IMG/VR virus record: IMGVR_UViG_3300021978_000001
Coordinates: 96,001 to 160,000 of that record
Strand: one strand, 5' to 3'
DNA: 64,000 bases
Source: a virus
Taxonomy: Duplodnaviria > Caudoviricetes
Below, in pieces: positions 33,688 through 44,283 of the stretch (position 1 is the first letter of the stretch; every line of letters begins with the position of its first letter). Made by a program: the position numbers and the translations under genes. The notes beneath the pieces were generated by a model. That model made no database searches, was not told the DNA's origin, and was given only the letters and a program-made list of their open reading frames with translations.

Positions 33688-34671
33688 TCAAGGCGTGACG
33701 GGATCTCCGAGGTCTGTTGCCCAGGGATGCAGGTAGCCCCGCAAAATGAACGTGAACACCTCTTCTGGCGCGCCTCCGAGGAACCGCCTACCATAAGGCG
33801 TCAGGAGGTTTGGCCACTCGCGCATGAACCGTTGATCGAAGTTGATGAACTGCCCATAGTCTGGTCCATCCTGTGGGATGACAATCGCAAGAGGCATCCT
33901 ACGCGAGCTGTAATCCCCTGCAATAGGGAAATGCGCATCATCAATGCCTGTGATCGCTCCGAAGAACCCGGGATACTGCTCGCCCTGGTAAGGACCATCC
34001 AGTTTCTCGGGAGCAAAGACCCACTGGTACGTCCTGCTCGCAGAAGGCACCCCGCTCGTGATCACGCCAGGATCGAACGCCGCGACACCTTGTGTTTGCC
34101 AGGTAAACTCGGGCGTCACCGCGAGCGGAGTCCTGGTCAAATCGAAGCAGTTCTCCGAGAACGCCCACATGCTCGGATAAACCGTACCTGAAGAGACCAT
34201 GAAGATCAACTCGGGGTAGTCATCATTCTCGATCAGATACAGGTTCAAGGTACCCGCGCCTGTATCGTAATCGTCGATGGTCTTCATGGGCGTCGAATCG
34301 GTCGGAAAGAACGCGGCATCAGCAGAGGGATCGAGCCCCCCGACAAACGAAGCAGCATATCCTCCGCCGTTGGCGTACCCGAAGCTAAGAGCGCCGTTCC
34401 CTTCGGTGTCATTGGTCACCCGAGCGCTCACCTCGATCTGGTCCGCGTAGCTTTGCTGGTAACCATTCGGAATCGCCACGAGGATCTCGTGAGCCCCTTG
34501 CGTCAACACGAAGTAGTTGTTCTCCGTGTTGCCTGTACCAAACGACTCCAGCGCGGAGACCGTCCATGTGGTGAGGTTCGTTGCAAAGAAGTTTTGCATG
34601 AACGTCCCCTCACCATTGGTGGTACCTGCGCCATACGGATCTCGCGTTGTCGTGTATCCAATACGTGGCAT
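33688..34671 (-). CDS. putative virion structural protein
   Basis: Beta-rich G/T/P/D composition, coupled to downstream-facing structural ORFs. Confidence 0.6.
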   Translation of the reverse strand: MPRIGYTTTRDPYGAGTTNGEGTFMQNFFATNLTTWTVSALESFGTGNTENNYFVLTQGAHEILVAIPNGYQQSYADQIEVSARVTNDTEGNGALSFGYANGGGYAASFVGGLDPSADAAFFPTDSTPMKTIDDYDTGAGTLNLYLIENDDYPELIFMVSSGTVYPSMWAFSENCFDLTRTPLAVTPEFTWQTQGVAAFDPGVITSGVPSASRTYQWVFAPEKLDGPYQGEQYPGFFGAITGIDDAHFPIAGDYSSRRMPLAIVIPQDGPDYGQFINFDQRFMREWPNLLTPYGRRFLGGAPEEVFTFILRGYLHPWATDLGDPVTP

Positions 34672-35753
34672 CAGGGGAGTCCTGTAGGATCAGGGTAAGG
34701 GAACGACGGTTGATTGAGCGCATAGGGGAAGCAGAGCTGATCGTGGAGCTTGATGAACAAGCCACCATCGAACTGGGTATAGAGCTGACGCTCCGTCGCA
34801 CCCATCACGCGCACCACATCCGAATCCAGGTAACCCTTGTAGTACGTCGCGGAAGCGAGCGTCACGACATCCCAGGGGTAGCGTCCGTCCTCGAAGGGCA
34901 CGTTGAATTGCGTGAAATCCTGGTCGAAGTTGTCTTCCATGAGAAGCACCACACCGCCGTCATCCATCACGTAGTGCGTATCCGCGATAAGAGCAGCCGA
35001 AGTATTAAACCCGATACCAAACGACCCTGTGGTGAAGGTGTCTCCAGCACGATAAGGCACGACCACCTCACCGAGACCCATGATCCCACCGATCACATTC
35101 ACCTCTCCGAGCGACATGTAGGCAACCACGAAAGGCTTCACATCATCGAAGATGTACACCATACGTGAGCCCAAAACCTGGTTCGATGTACCCCCATATG
35201 CACCATCCGCGACGTAGCCATACACCGACCCTGCCGAGATAAACGCTGCGATGCCCGAAACCCATGGGTTTACCGCAGGCGTATCGAGGTCCCCACCAGG
35301 GAGCGAGCCATCAGCGTTCAAGCCTGCGCCATAAGGACTGACCGTGCCCCCTGTGGGGTGATAATGGATCGACACACCACCATCGGTGCCGAAGGTCGTA
35401 CCTCCGTCGATGTTGCGGTAGAAATCAGAGATCGTACCCGAGAACATATCCTCGTGCTCGGTCTCCGAGGTGCTGATCGCATACCCAGGGTAGGTGAACA
35501 ACCAGGCTGGACCCACGCGTGACGAAGGCGCGCCCCCATCCATCAGGAACACGATGAAGCCATATCCCTTATAGTTGGAACGACCCGGCCAACGGAACAC
35601 ATCCGAGACTTGCCAGTTGGTCTGGTTGGTATCAGGATCGAGCACATCACGGAAACGATCACGAATACGCACGACCTCGACGTCTGCGTCCGCATCACTC
35701 GAACAACGGCTGTTCGGGTCCCAAAGTCCAATGTCCACAAGATAACGCGCCAT
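34671..35753 (-). CDS. putative virion structural protein
   Basis: Beta-rich, TGATG coupling. Confidence 0.6.
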   Translation of the reverse strand: MARYLVDIGLWDPNSRCSSDADADVEVVRIRDRFRDVLDPDTNQTNWQVSDVFRWPGRSNYKGYGFIVFLMDGGAPSSRVGPAWLFTYPGYAISTSETEHEDMFSGTISDFYRNIDGGTTFGTDGGVSIHYHPTGGTVSPYGAGLNADGSLPGGDLDTPAVNPWVSGIAAFISAGSVYGYVADGAYGGTSNQVLGSRMVYIFDDVKPFVVAYMSLGEVNVIGGIMGLGEVVVPYRAGDTFTTGSFGIGFNTSAALIADTHYVMDDGGVVLLMEDNFDQDFTQFNVPFEDGRYPWDVVTLASATYYKGYLDSDVVRVMGATERQLYTQFDGGLFIKLHDQLCFPYALNQPSFPYPDPTGLP

Positions 35754-35809
35754 GGTATCCTCATCTTTGATGTGACAACGTTTGCCAAAGACACCAGGCT
35801 ACAAACAGA

Positions 35810-36325
35810 TTACGGGATCAACGTTACCGTAAGCTCATCCCGAAGCTCGAACGCGTTCGAGTCTGGAGAACCATCAGGCGTTACCTCCTCCACAGGTGTC
35901 AACACCACCGTATCGCGAGGCGAAAAGAACCTCGGATGGGACAGCGTATCGGTGTTCGCAGGGGTGCTCTCCAGGTACACGATCGGGAGGGAGTTGAACC
36001 CATAAAGCACGTTCAGATCTCCCTGAATCGTGATCGGGCCATCAGGGGAGTTATCCGCGAACAGGTTGAAGTTATCCGCCTTGTTGTCGAGCACCAGAAA
36101 CGAAGCCTCACCATTGACCAGGGTCTTCTGGTTGTCGATCAAGGTAAACGTCCCATCCTCGTCCGCGTCGAACAGGAGATCGAGATCTGCGCTGGTCAGC
36201 TCGACCACGGTCGTGTTGTCATCCGTGATCACGTTCCCGAGCGCATCGAGCGCGCGCACGATCACCGTGAAGGTCTCTCCTACTTGCACCGAGGAGGGCA
36301 CCAGGACTTGAAAGCTGTCAATCAT
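35810..36325 (-). CDS. Ig-like structural protein
   Basis: Paralogous to the C-terminus of 36670-40494 plus 36337-36660. Confidence 0.7.
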   Translation of the reverse strand: MIDSFQVLVPSSVQVGETFTVIVRALDALGNVITDDNTTVVELTSADLDLLFDADEDGTFTLIDNQKTLVNGEASFLVLDNKADNFNLFADNSPDGPITIQGDLNVLYGFNSLPIVYLESTPANTDTLSHPRFFSPRDTVVLTPVEEVTPDGSPDSNAFELRDELTVTLIP

Positions 36326-36336
36326 GGTCGTGTCTC

Positions 36337-36660
36337 TTAGATGATGGTCACGGTGAGTTCATCCCGAAGCTCGAACGCGTTCGAGTCCGGGGAACCATCA
36401 GGCGTCGCTTCATCGACAGGCGTGAACACCACCGTATCTCTCGCCTCGAAGAACCTTGGGTGGTCGAGCGTCTCGGTGTCGATCGGCGTACTGTCCTCAT
36501 ACCGCAACGCGGCCCCTGCGACTCGCTGGAAGGTCCTGGAGTCTGTGGAGGGGGTACCCCCGGGGGCAACCGCTGCGGTGACCACCAGGTTGCCGTTGGA
36601 GGCATCACGCGCGCGAATCGTTACCTCCCCCTGAACCAATGTCTTTACATTATCAGGCAT
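36337..36660 (-). CDS. structural protein paralogous to the C-terminal half of 35810-36325
   Basis: Shared HPRFF..RDTVV.TPV.E.TPDGSPDSNAFELRDELTVT; about 110-bp DNA repeat. Confidence 0.7.
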   Translation of the reverse strand: MPDNVKTLVQGEVTIRARDASNGNLVVTAAVAPGGTPSTDSRTFQRVAGAALRYEDSTPIDTETLDHPRFFEARDTVVFTPVDEATPDGSPDSNAFELRDELTVTII

Positions 36661-36669
36661 AACTACCTC

Positions 36670-39600
36670 TCAAGGTTCATCGAAGATGCCGTCATTGTCC
36701 CCATCGAACTCGATGTCATCATCCGAGGTCAGGAGCACCTGCGTCGTATTATCCGTCTTGACCGTCTTCCCGGTCACATCACGCGCCTGCACGCGGACAT
36801 CAAACTCATCCCCCGCCTGAATCCCCTCGGGGGCTGAAAGCTCGAAGTAAGAGACCGGCCCGAGCGCTTCGAGATAATGAGATTGAATCGTCACGGGGTC
36901 GAGCGCGCGGTCATAAATCGCGAGGTTCGCCACCGCGCCCTGCATCCCCTGCCCCACGCCGATCGAGAAGGGAAGCTGGACATCACCTGTGTAGGGCGTC
37001 GAAGCCACGACCTCACTGTCAATGTAAGCGCGCATCCAGGAGCCGTCATACGTGAGCACGATGTGGTAGAACTCTCCGATCTCACGATCAGGCAAGAGCA
37101 AGGTCTTCTGTCCCGTGCCCGTGGTCAAGGTCCACTGATACACCGTCGCATTGTTTGCTACCGTGAGGATGTCCGGGATGATCGCGGTCGCGGTATCAAA
37201 CCTCACGCGCGCCCACAGCTCAAGGGTAAATCCATTTGTGATCAAACCCGCGAGCGCATTGGTCGGTACGCGGACGTACCCCGCATCCACGTTAGCAGCA
37301 TTCTCCAGGTCCTTGGCGAGCGGTCCCAGGATATTGCGTGGTGCGTTCCCGAGGTAGGTGCCGTTGATCTGGAGCGGTCGCACATCATACGCCACCACAC
37401 CGCTCGCCTCGTTGAGCGGGTAGTACACCAACGGGGTATCATCGTAGACAAGCGCGGGATAGAACTGCCCGAAGACGCTCACGGTCACTTGTGAGGTGTC
37501 AGGGTTCGCGAAGGTATCCTCGATCGTATAATCGAACGTCGAGACTCCCAGGAAGGAAGTCGCGGGGGTAAACTGCAAGACGTTGTTTGGCCCTGCCCCC
37601 ACGATCGTGACCGCGCCTTCTGTGGGATTCGGCGCCACGAAACTCACCACCGTGAGGTCATCACCCTCGGGGTCTGTCGCATCTGCCAGGACATCGACCA
37701 CGGTCGCGCGCTCGAAGACGGTAGGCTGAAACACCGCCGCCGCTTGAGGAGGCTGGTTTGCCTCGATCGTCACTGTGACCGTGGCGGTGTCCTTGAGACC
37801 AAACTCATCCGAGATCTCATAGTCGAACGTGTCCACGAAAGGCGTGGGCAACAAGGGGTGCACGTAGGTGATGAAATCGTCGTAGACATCACCCGGGGTA
37901 CCCGCGTTGTTGATCGCGACCGTGCCCCCAAACTGACTCGTAGCATCCGCGTCCGAGATGAAGATCTGATCCCCATCCGGGTCACTGTCATTGACCCTCG
38001 GGTCCACGTTCAAGACCTGACCTTCTGCGACCGTCGCGGCGAAGTTATTCGCCACAGGGCGTTGGTTGGCGCCTACCTGGACACTGACTTGCGCGGACTC
38101 CACCTGGCCATACGAATCACGCGTGGTGCATGTCACGAGGAATGTCCCCACCCCTGTGAATTGATATACTCCAGACGCCGCCGTCGAGGTACCATCACCG
38201 CCAAAGTCCCAGAAGTATTCGTAGGACTTGTCAAAGCCGCTCTGCGCCGTGACCGTCGCAGAATACGAGATCTGCTCCGTGACGGGCAACACGAGGGGCG
38301 TCACCGAGATCGCCAGCTCGTAGCTCACCGCGACCTGAATCGTGTAGTCCCGTTGATTGCCGAAGGTGTCCTCGATCGTATACGAGAACGATGCAATGCC
38401 CACAAAGCCCGGCGAAGGCGTGAAGAGCAACGTATCATCCGTGAGATCACCAGGCGTGCCATTCTCGACGCGCGTAACCGTTCCGCCCGATGCGGGTTGA
38501 GTAAACGACACCAGCGAGATGGCCTCGCCTTCGGGATCACTCGCGAGTGCCAGCGGGTCCACCTCACGCGGTGTATCGAGCGGGGTCGAGACACGAAGGT
38601 TCGCGGCGCTCGGGCCAAAGTTGTTCACCGTGACGGTCACGGTACCTGTGTCAGTGCGCGTCCCGTCTTCGAGCGTGTACGTGAACGAAGTCGTCCCGGC
38701 AAAGCCTACATCCGCCGTGTACGTGATCGTGTTGTCTGCTTCGAGCACGACCGTCCCTTCTCCCACGGGCGGTTGTGTCACCGCTGTCACATCAAGGGGA
38801 TCAGGAAACGGCGTGGTGTCATTGGCGAGGACATTGATGTTGGTTGTCCCCTCGAACGGACATACCGCGTTGTCTGCGATGGCCGCGAACGCTTCCTGTT
38901 GCACGAGGATCGAGATCGACGCAGACGCGAAGAGACCATCCTCATCCTGGACCTGGTAAACGAACGTATCGGTCCCCAGGAAATCCGTGGGAGGAGTATA
39001 CTGCACCTGATTTGCGATAATAACCGCAGAGCCTCCCTGGTCCGTAGGCGTCTGCACATCGGTCAAGGTGAGCAGTTGGCTTGGGGGATCGGGGCGGTCA
39101 TTGGCTTGCGGAGAAAACGTCAGTGGCGTATTCGGCTCTGTCGTTCTGAAATCATTGACGGCCTGGATAGGCTGCTTGGGCGCGACCACCACCGTGACCA
39201 GAGCTTCATCCGTGGCTCCCGCGCCGTTGGTGATCTCGTAGGTGAAGGTGTCTTCGGCATCCTGAAAGTCATCGTCAGGCGTGTAGAGAAACGTCGCTGC
39301 CTCTCCTGCACCCTGAATCACCACAGTACCATTCGCAGGCTGCGTGAACGCACTGATCGACCCTGAGCCCCCAGGAGGGAAGCTGTCGTTGGCCAGCACT
39401 GTCAACGTTCGTGGGGTCTGGTAGGTCGTGGTATACAGATCATTGAACGCCACGAGATCCGGCACAGGGTCCACATTCACCGTCGCGAACGGCGTCGAGC
39501 GATTCGCAGTTCCATCAGTCACGAAGCCCACCGGCTGGAAGATGCCAACCTCGGTGTACTGATAGGTCGTACTGTTCGCGAGCTGCGGGCCAATCGAGGG

Positions 39601-40494
39601 GATGAACCCATCCGGGCTGAACGAATACTGGAGCGTGTCGTTATCGGGATCGGTGGCCGTGATCTCGAAGGTCACCGTCTCACCCTCGAAGATATTCAGG
39701 GTGCTCGACGGGCCGATGCCATTGGCGGTCGCGTTCTGAATCTCGGGGGGACGATTGTTGTTGGTGTTGAACGTCGAGCGCTGCTCACCATCAACCTCCA
39801 CGCCGTCCCCATACAATGCCACCTCGTCGATCAAACCATCGAAGCGCTGTGCGTTGTTGTACGCACCAACCTGAACATTCTCTGTACCGAGCGCGGGCGC
39901 AGGTGCGTTCGCGACCACAACCCCTTGCTCCCCGTTCAAGAAGACCGCGTTGGTCGTACCATCCCAGTTCCCCAGGACGTAGTAGTACGTGTTGGGCGTG
40001 ATCACCGAGGGACTGAAGGCGAGCTTGGCAGCAGCGGAGTCATTGTACCAGAATTTGATGCGACCATCAGGCAACAGGGAGAGCTGGAAGTTGTTAGCGC
40101 CCACGTTGTCTCCGCGCGACACCAACGTCTCCTCAGAGACGGGGAGCGCATCGACCTTGATCCAACATTCGACCGCGAATTGACTGAATGCCTGGTTGAG
40201 TGCGGCATTCGCGGTCACGTTAACAAAGCCATCGACACCATCGAGTTCGATCGCCGTGTCGAGCTGATCATTGGTCAGCGGGCTCTCGGCTTCGAGCGTG
40301 ATCCCTTGAGCAGTGAAGGTTCCGTTCGTTCCGTTCGGGGAGGAATCGAACGCCGTCAGCCCCTCAGTTTCCTGGAAACGAAGGTACATCAACGGATTGT
40401 CCCGCAACACAAAGGACGAGTAACGCAACCCACCCGGAACGAGTCGGTTGAAGTCAAACACCAGGTTGGGGTTCAGGTTGTTGAAATCGGCCAT
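36670..40494 (-). CDS. large tail-fibre/adhesin-like protein: LamG, multiple Ig/cadherin-like and PKD repeats, LamG
   Basis: LamG motifs (YLRFQET, FAVECW, FDGLIDEVALY; YYPLNE, FTLELW, FYHIVLTYDG) flanking repeated A.ND...NVLAND...F.Y.I.D units. Confidence 0.85.
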   Translation of the reverse strand: MADFNNLNPNLVFDFNRLVPGGLRYSSFVLRDNPLMYLRFQETEGLTAFDSSPNGTNGTFTAQGITLEAESPLTNDQLDTAIELDGVDGFVNVTANAALNQAFSQFAVECWIKVDALPVSEETLVSRGDNVGANNFQLSLLPDGRIKFWYNDSAAAKLAFSPSVITPNTYYYVLGNWDGTTNAVFLNGEQGVVVANAPAPALGTENVQVGAYNNAQRFDGLIDEVALYGDGVEVDGEQRSTFNTNNNRPPEIQNATANGIGPSSTLNIFEGETVTFEITATDPDNDTLQYSFSPDGFIPSIGPQLANSTTYQYTEVGIFQPVGFVTDGTANRSTPFATVNVDPVPDLVAFNDLYTTTYQTPRTLTVLANDSFPPGGSGSISAFTQPANGTVVIQGAGEAATFLYTPDDDFQDAEDTFTYEITNGAGATDEALVTVVVAPKQPIQAVNDFRTTEPNTPLTFSPQANDRPDPPSQLLTLTDVQTPTDQGGSAVIIANQVQYTPPTDFLGTDTFVYQVQDEDGLFASASISILVQQEAFAAIADNAVCPFEGTTNINVLANDTTPFPDPLDVTAVTQPPVGEGTVVLEADNTITYTADVGFAGTTSFTYTLEDGTRTDTGTVTVTVNNFGPSAANLRVSTPLDTPREVDPLALASDPEGEAISLVSFTQPASGGTVTRVENGTPGDLTDDTLLFTPSPGFVGIASFSYTIEDTFGNQRDYTIQVAVSYELAISVTPLVLPVTEQISYSATVTAQSGFDKSYEYFWDFGGDGTSTAASGVYQFTGVGTFLVTCTTRDSYGQVESAQVSVQVGANQRPVANNFAATVAEGQVLNVDPRVNDSDPDGDQIFISDADATSQFGGTVAINNAGTPGDVYDDFITYVHPLLPTPFVDTFDYEISDEFGLKDTATVTVTIEANQPPQAAAVFQPTVFERATVVDVLADATDPEGDDLTVVSFVAPNPTEGAVTIVGAGPNNVLQFTPATSFLGVSTFDYTIEDTFANPDTSQVTVSVFGQFYPALVYDDTPLVYYPLNEASGVVAYDVRPLQINGTYLGNAPRNILGPLAKDLENAANVDAGYVRVPTNALAGLITNGFTLELWARVRFDTATAIIPDILTVANNATVYQWTLTTGTGQKTLLLPDREIGEFYHIVLTYDGSWMRAYIDSEVVASTPYTGDVQLPFSIGVGQGMQGAVANLAIYDRALDPVTIQSHYLEALGPVSYFELSAPEGIQAGDEFDVRVQARDVTGKTVKTDNTTQVLLTSDDDIEFDGDNDGIFDEP

Positions 40495-40519
40495 GGCACC
40501 ATCTCGGGTGGAAAGGGTC

Positions 40520-41029
40520 TCACGCCCCTGTGAATATAGATGCACTATGGAGCGCGAGCACTACCGAAGCGAGGACAATCGAGAAGCCCATGAGCCGGAA
40601 CCACCACACTGACCAACCAAGCGTCTCCGAGGCTCGCATGAGGTCTGACCGAGGGGTGATAGCAATAGAGTTCGTGATCATATCCACCACACCACCCCCC
40701 ATAAGCACGAGCCACAACAAGAGCAGGTAACCCTGCAACCCGAGCACAACACCCACCGGCAAGAGCACACAAGCAAGGAGGCTCGGAAGGCGTGGTGCGC
40801 ACAGGATCGCGACGCGTTGCCACTTCGTGGGTGGGCGGATCATGTAGTAGCGCGTATGCGCCCACTGGAACCCGCCAGGGATACGGCGAGGGCGCAAGTC
40901 AATCGTGTAATGCACCACACCGACCAGACGGTCTGCGGTCCACACATGCGAATACTCGTGCACGAAAGCCCACAACAAGTAGACCAACGGTGCGAGATAG
41001 AAAAGATGCAAGAGAAGCCAGGGGGACAT
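40520..41029 (-). CDS. membrane protein, possible HExxH peptidase
   Basis: FVHEYSH plus several TM segments. Confidence 0.6.
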   Translation of the reverse strand: MSPWLLLHLFYLAPLVYLLWAFVHEYSHVWTADRLVGVVHYTIDLRPRRIPGGFQWAHTRYYMIRPPTKWQRVAILCAPRLPSLLACVLLPVGVVLGLQGYLLLLWLVLMGGGVVDMITNSIAITPRSDLMRASETLGWSVWWFRLMGFSIVLASVVLALHSASIFTGA

Positions 41030-41087
41030 ACGCGCCTCCTTGTAAGGTCGTCCATAGGACAAGGTTTACAAGGAGGCTATGCGAGAG

Positions 41088-41312
41088 TCACTGGAGCGTG
41101 ACCTCATCGACCAGCGTGATTTGCATGGTCAGACGGTAGGGGATCGTGAGCGCGATATGGCAATGGGCACACAAGCAGTAAAACTCGTTGGTCTCGTTGA
41201 TCTCGGGGTACGAAAGATGTTGCTCGCTGAAATCAATCTCGAAGTCTTGTTTGCACACAGGACACGTCACTGTGCGCTGCTCATCGAGGTATACGCGTTT
41301 GCCAAGTTCCAT
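41088..41312 (-). CDS. small Zn-ribbon protein
   Basis: CPVC...CAHC. Confidence 0.6.
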   Translation of the reverse strand: MELGKRVYLDEQRTVTCPVCKQDFEIDFSEQHLSYPEINETNEFYCLCAHCHIALTIPYRLTMQITLVDEVTLQ

Positions 41313-41389
41313 GAGGTTCTCCTTGTGATACAGGTGAAGTGAACGAACCATTCACACTTCCTATACCACAAGAAAGACTTGACGTAAAC

Positions 41390-41908
41390 TCAAAGTCGGC
41401 ATACCTGCCAGTGCAAGGGAGATGCCTCGAACAAACGCGCGGCGCCTTCCTCATCGTAAACAGGGTCCCGCTCCCAACCCAACCCACCGAGACCACACCC
41501 TACAGGGACCGTCACGTAATGATCGTATTCGAGACCATCCTTGACCAGGAGGCGCTGGAGCTGCAAGAGCGCCTTTTCGATCGCCTCATACGACGCATGC
41601 TGTGTCCCTGGCATACTAGCACGTGTCGCGTAGCGGTGTTGCGTGATCGCATTGACCACCGTGAGCTGTGGTGTCACTGGCACGAGTTGCACATCCCCGA
41701 CAAACATCTCGCGGAGCTTTTGGTTGGTGACCCCATCGAAGAGCTGTTGGTAGACGCGAAAGGCTTTCGGCCAGCGCTGCTTGACGATCTTTGCCACGCC
41801 CGCGCCCATAACACCTTGGGCGTTGCAGCCATGCATGAAGAGGATGTTCCCCTCCAATCCATTCATGTACTCGAAGACATCGGTGTTCTCGTGCAGCGTA
41901 AAAGGCAT
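41390..41908 (-). CDS. macrodomain (ADP-ribose processing) protein
   Basis: HGCNAQGVMGAGVAK...VVNAITQ...VPVGCGLGGLGW. Confidence 0.88.
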   Translation of the reverse strand: MPFTLHENTDVFEYMNGLEGNILFMHGCNAQGVMGAGVAKIVKQRWPKAFRVYQQLFDGVTNQKLREMFVGDVQLVPVTPQLTVVNAITQHRYATRASMPGTQHASYEAIEKALLQLQRLLVKDGLEYDHYVTVPVGCGLGGLGWERDPVYDEEGAARLFEASPLHWQVCRL

Positions 41909-42109
41909 GGCCTCTCCTCTCCGTATGTAAGCCGGGGCTTTCTGTGTAGTAAGACAGCTCAAAGCAAAATATCCTATCCTATATCAGTGATGACAAGGGA
42001 TAGGATATTTTGTTGTGTACGATGGAAGTTGTGTACCACACGAACCTCGCAACGCCCATATATCGTGCACAGATTACAGTTGTGATGCATAGGTTGTCAA
42101 GAAGAAAAA

Positions 42110-42185
42110 TCGTGGTGGTGGGGGTCGAACCCACGACGGACCGGCTTTATGAGAGCCGCGCTCTAGCCATCTGAGCTACACCACG
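42110..42185 (-). tRNA. tRNA with CAT anticodon (Met or Ile2)
   Basis: CGGCT-CTCATAA-AGCCG. Confidence 0.9.
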
Positions 42186-42199
42186 TCGGGAACTGGGGT

Positions 42200-42751
42200 T
42201 CAAGAAGAGAGCTTCCTGAGTCGTCTTACGAACGACCCCCAGGGTGCCCATAATTCCCTCGGTGCCACATAAAAATCAGTCGTGAACCCGCGCAAGCGAT
42301 CATGTCGCTTCTCGATACCCCAATGCTCCTGGGTCCCGCTGGACAAAACCATGACCTGGTGTGTGAACTGACTGACGCAGATCACAGCAGCAGGGCGCGG
42401 GTTCTTCGCATCCCAACCGGACACTGTATCGACGAAGATATGCTCGTAGGGAAAGTCACGAGGCGTGCGGAACATCACCTTGCGTGATTTGACCTCGAAG
42501 CTCAATTCGCGCTCCCAGGGATTCCCCTGATCATCCACGCTAGGGAGCTTCACGATCACATCCGAGTCTTCGAGGTATTCAGGAGCTTCGCTGACATGCT
42601 CGCGGAGCGTTTGCTTGGGCGTGTCCGCGTCAAAGCCCTCACGCCGCAAAAGCCCTGCAATGTAGCGCTCCCAGCGATGCCCCTCCGCGCATTCACGCAA
42701 GAACAGCTCATCGTTCTCGAACCAATCAGGTTGTTCCGCTGAATCCGACAT
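42200..42751 (-). CDS. putative PD-(D/E)XK nuclease-like protein
   Basis: E...DSDVIV...FEVKSR. Confidence 0.6.
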   Translation of the reverse strand: MSDSAEQPDWFENDELFLRECAEGHRWERYIAGLLRREGFDADTPKQTLREHVSEAPEYLEDSDVIVKLPSVDDQGNPWERELSFEVKSRKVMFRTPRDFPYEHIFVDTVSGWDAKNPRPAAVICVSQFTHQVMVLSSGTQEHWGIEKRHDRLRGFTTDFYVAPRELWAPWGSFVRRLRKLSS

Positions 42752-43140
42752 CAGGACTCCCCGTCCTGTTGGCCCGATTGACCAGAGGACGCGCGACGAC
42801 CGAGGAGATCACGCTCGCGAATCAAGAGGTACTTGGCGCCCTCAAGTTCGATTTCGGTGCCGGAGCGCGGGCGGAACAGCACCACATCCCCAGCCTTGGT
42901 CATGAGCGGATCGTACTTGGGACCACAAGGCACCTCGATGACCGTCGAAGCGGACTCTTCGTAACGGATCTTCTGGCCTTCACGCTGGTGACCAGGACCC
43001 ACGGCGAGCACTTCCCCGAAGTACGCGGCGTTGGGGTCTTCCGTGATATTCACGACGAGACCTGAAGCAGTAGAGGTCTCGGGATCAGGGCGTTCGACCA
43101 GGACGTAATCGTGCATCGGCTCGAAGTTCAACTCAGACAT
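42751..43140 (-). CDS. groES: co-chaperonin GroES
   Basis: FEPMHDYVLV...TASGLVV...GEVLAVGPG...GDVVLF...GTEIELEG.KYLLIRE.DLLG. Confidence 0.92.
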   Translation of the reverse strand: MSELNFEPMHDYVLVERPDPETSTASGLVVNITEDPNAAYFGEVLAVGPGHQREGQKIRYEESASTVIEVPCGPKYDPLMTKAGDVVLFRPRSGTEIELEGAKYLLIRERDLLGRRASSGQSGQQDGES

Positions 43141-43155
43141 CTCTTCCTTCCTTTG

Positions 43156-43467
43156 TTAGTTCTGTTGGTTCTTGCGAGCGAGCGCGCTAGACAGGGCGCA
43201 CGCCGTTTCAGGGTAAGTCCCACCAAGCGTTTCCTGCATCACAAACAGGTCCTCGCGTCGGATACCAACACCGTTGTCCTGTCCTGCACAGGTGTCACGA
43301 GCGCGAGCCTTTTCCAACTCGACCTGGAGAGCTTTCGCATGATCACGAATACCAGGACTGATCGCGTCCCCGAGCATGAAAAACACATCCTCGAACGCGT
43401 TGGGATCATCGACGATGATATTGACAAGCGTCTGGAGCTGATTGTGCGTTTTGGAATCCATCATCAA
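43156..43467 (-). CDS. hypothetical protein
   Basis: ORF track. Confidence 0.55.
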   Translation of the reverse strand: MMMDSKTHNQLQTLVNIIVDDPNAFEDVFFMLGDAISPGIRDHAKALQVELEKARARDTCAGQDNGVGIRREDLFVMQETLGGTYPETACALSSALARKNQQN

Positions 43468-43488
43468 AGCCTCTTGGTGGGTGTCGGA

Positions 43489-43743
43489 CTATAACAGCTC
43501 GACCTCTTCAGGTAAACACATCGAAGCGGTACCTGTCAAGTCAAAGCGTATGGTAGGCAAGATCGCACCATCATGGTAGTGCCCCACGTATACCACCGTA
43601 CCCGTATCCCCGGCCAACGCATGTACCCACCCCGACTCTCCAGGGGAGGCCAGGGGGTCAATAGGCACATCCTGCTCTACAATCGCACAGACAGCACGCA
43701 CACGCTGTCCCTCTTCCCACGCTCGCATATTCGTCTCTCTCAT
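43489..43743 (-). CDS. hypothetical protein (SH3-like)
   Basis: GQRVRA...GDTGTVVYV. Confidence 0.55.
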   Translation of the reverse strand: MRETNMRAWEEGQRVRAVCAIVEQDVPIDPLASPGESGWVHALAGDTGTVVYVGHYHDGAILPTIRFDLTGTASMCLPEEVELL

Positions 43744-43806
43744 CCGTTGGGTAAATCTATAAGACCAGGATAAGAATAATGCGAAAAGCCGTCAAGAAAG
43801 AAGTGG

Positions 43807-44283
43807 TCATACCAGGCGCCATTTCTGAAGAAACAGAAGATCGTCTTGCCTCATCAAGACCACAAACGGGTCCCGCATATAGCACATCATAACATGCGTC
43901 TCCCAGCACTGCACCTCGTGACCACAGTGCAGCTCCATGGATTGCCCATGGGTATCCATCCAGGTATTCACCACGTAGGGCATAAACGAGTTGATGATGG
44001 ACTGGGACTCCGCGTAAGGGCACAGGATATGCGTGACCGCGAGATCCTCAAGCATCTTCACCGTGTCAGGAGCATACGTGAGGAAATCACCCATGCAAGG
44101 CGCCTCGCCTTGTGTCCGGTATAGAGCATCGACAACTTGAGACAGGGGCGAGATCTCGGGGTCCAACCCATGTTGCATCTTGAGACGACACTCGAAGGTC
44201 CCGAAGTAATTCTCGATGGCCACTACAAGGCCCTCCAACGTAGCAAGAACTGAGGCTCCTCTTTCGTACCCGTGCGCTGGCAA
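43807..44283 (-). CDS. hypothetical protein (true start probably GTG near 44222)
   Basis: ORF track; overlaps next gene. Confidence 0.5.
   Translation of the reverse strand: MPAHGYERGASVLATLEGLVVAIENYFGTFECRLKMQHGLDPEISPLSQVVDALYRTQGEAPCMGDFLTYAPDTVKMLEDLAVTHILCPYAESQSIINSFMPYVVNTWMDTHGQSMELHCGHEVQCWETHVMMCYMRDPFVVLMRQDDLLFLQKWRLV

Noticed and set aside
41966-42011. 14-bp inverted repeat as a third copy of the CRISPR promoter operator
   Set aside because: Different arm sequence and an 18-bp spacer; more likely a terminator or unrelated site.
43156-43743. TAG at 43489 is in frame with the next ORF
   Set aside because: One-in-three chance; the downstream gene has its own RBS and there is no domain evidence for fusion.
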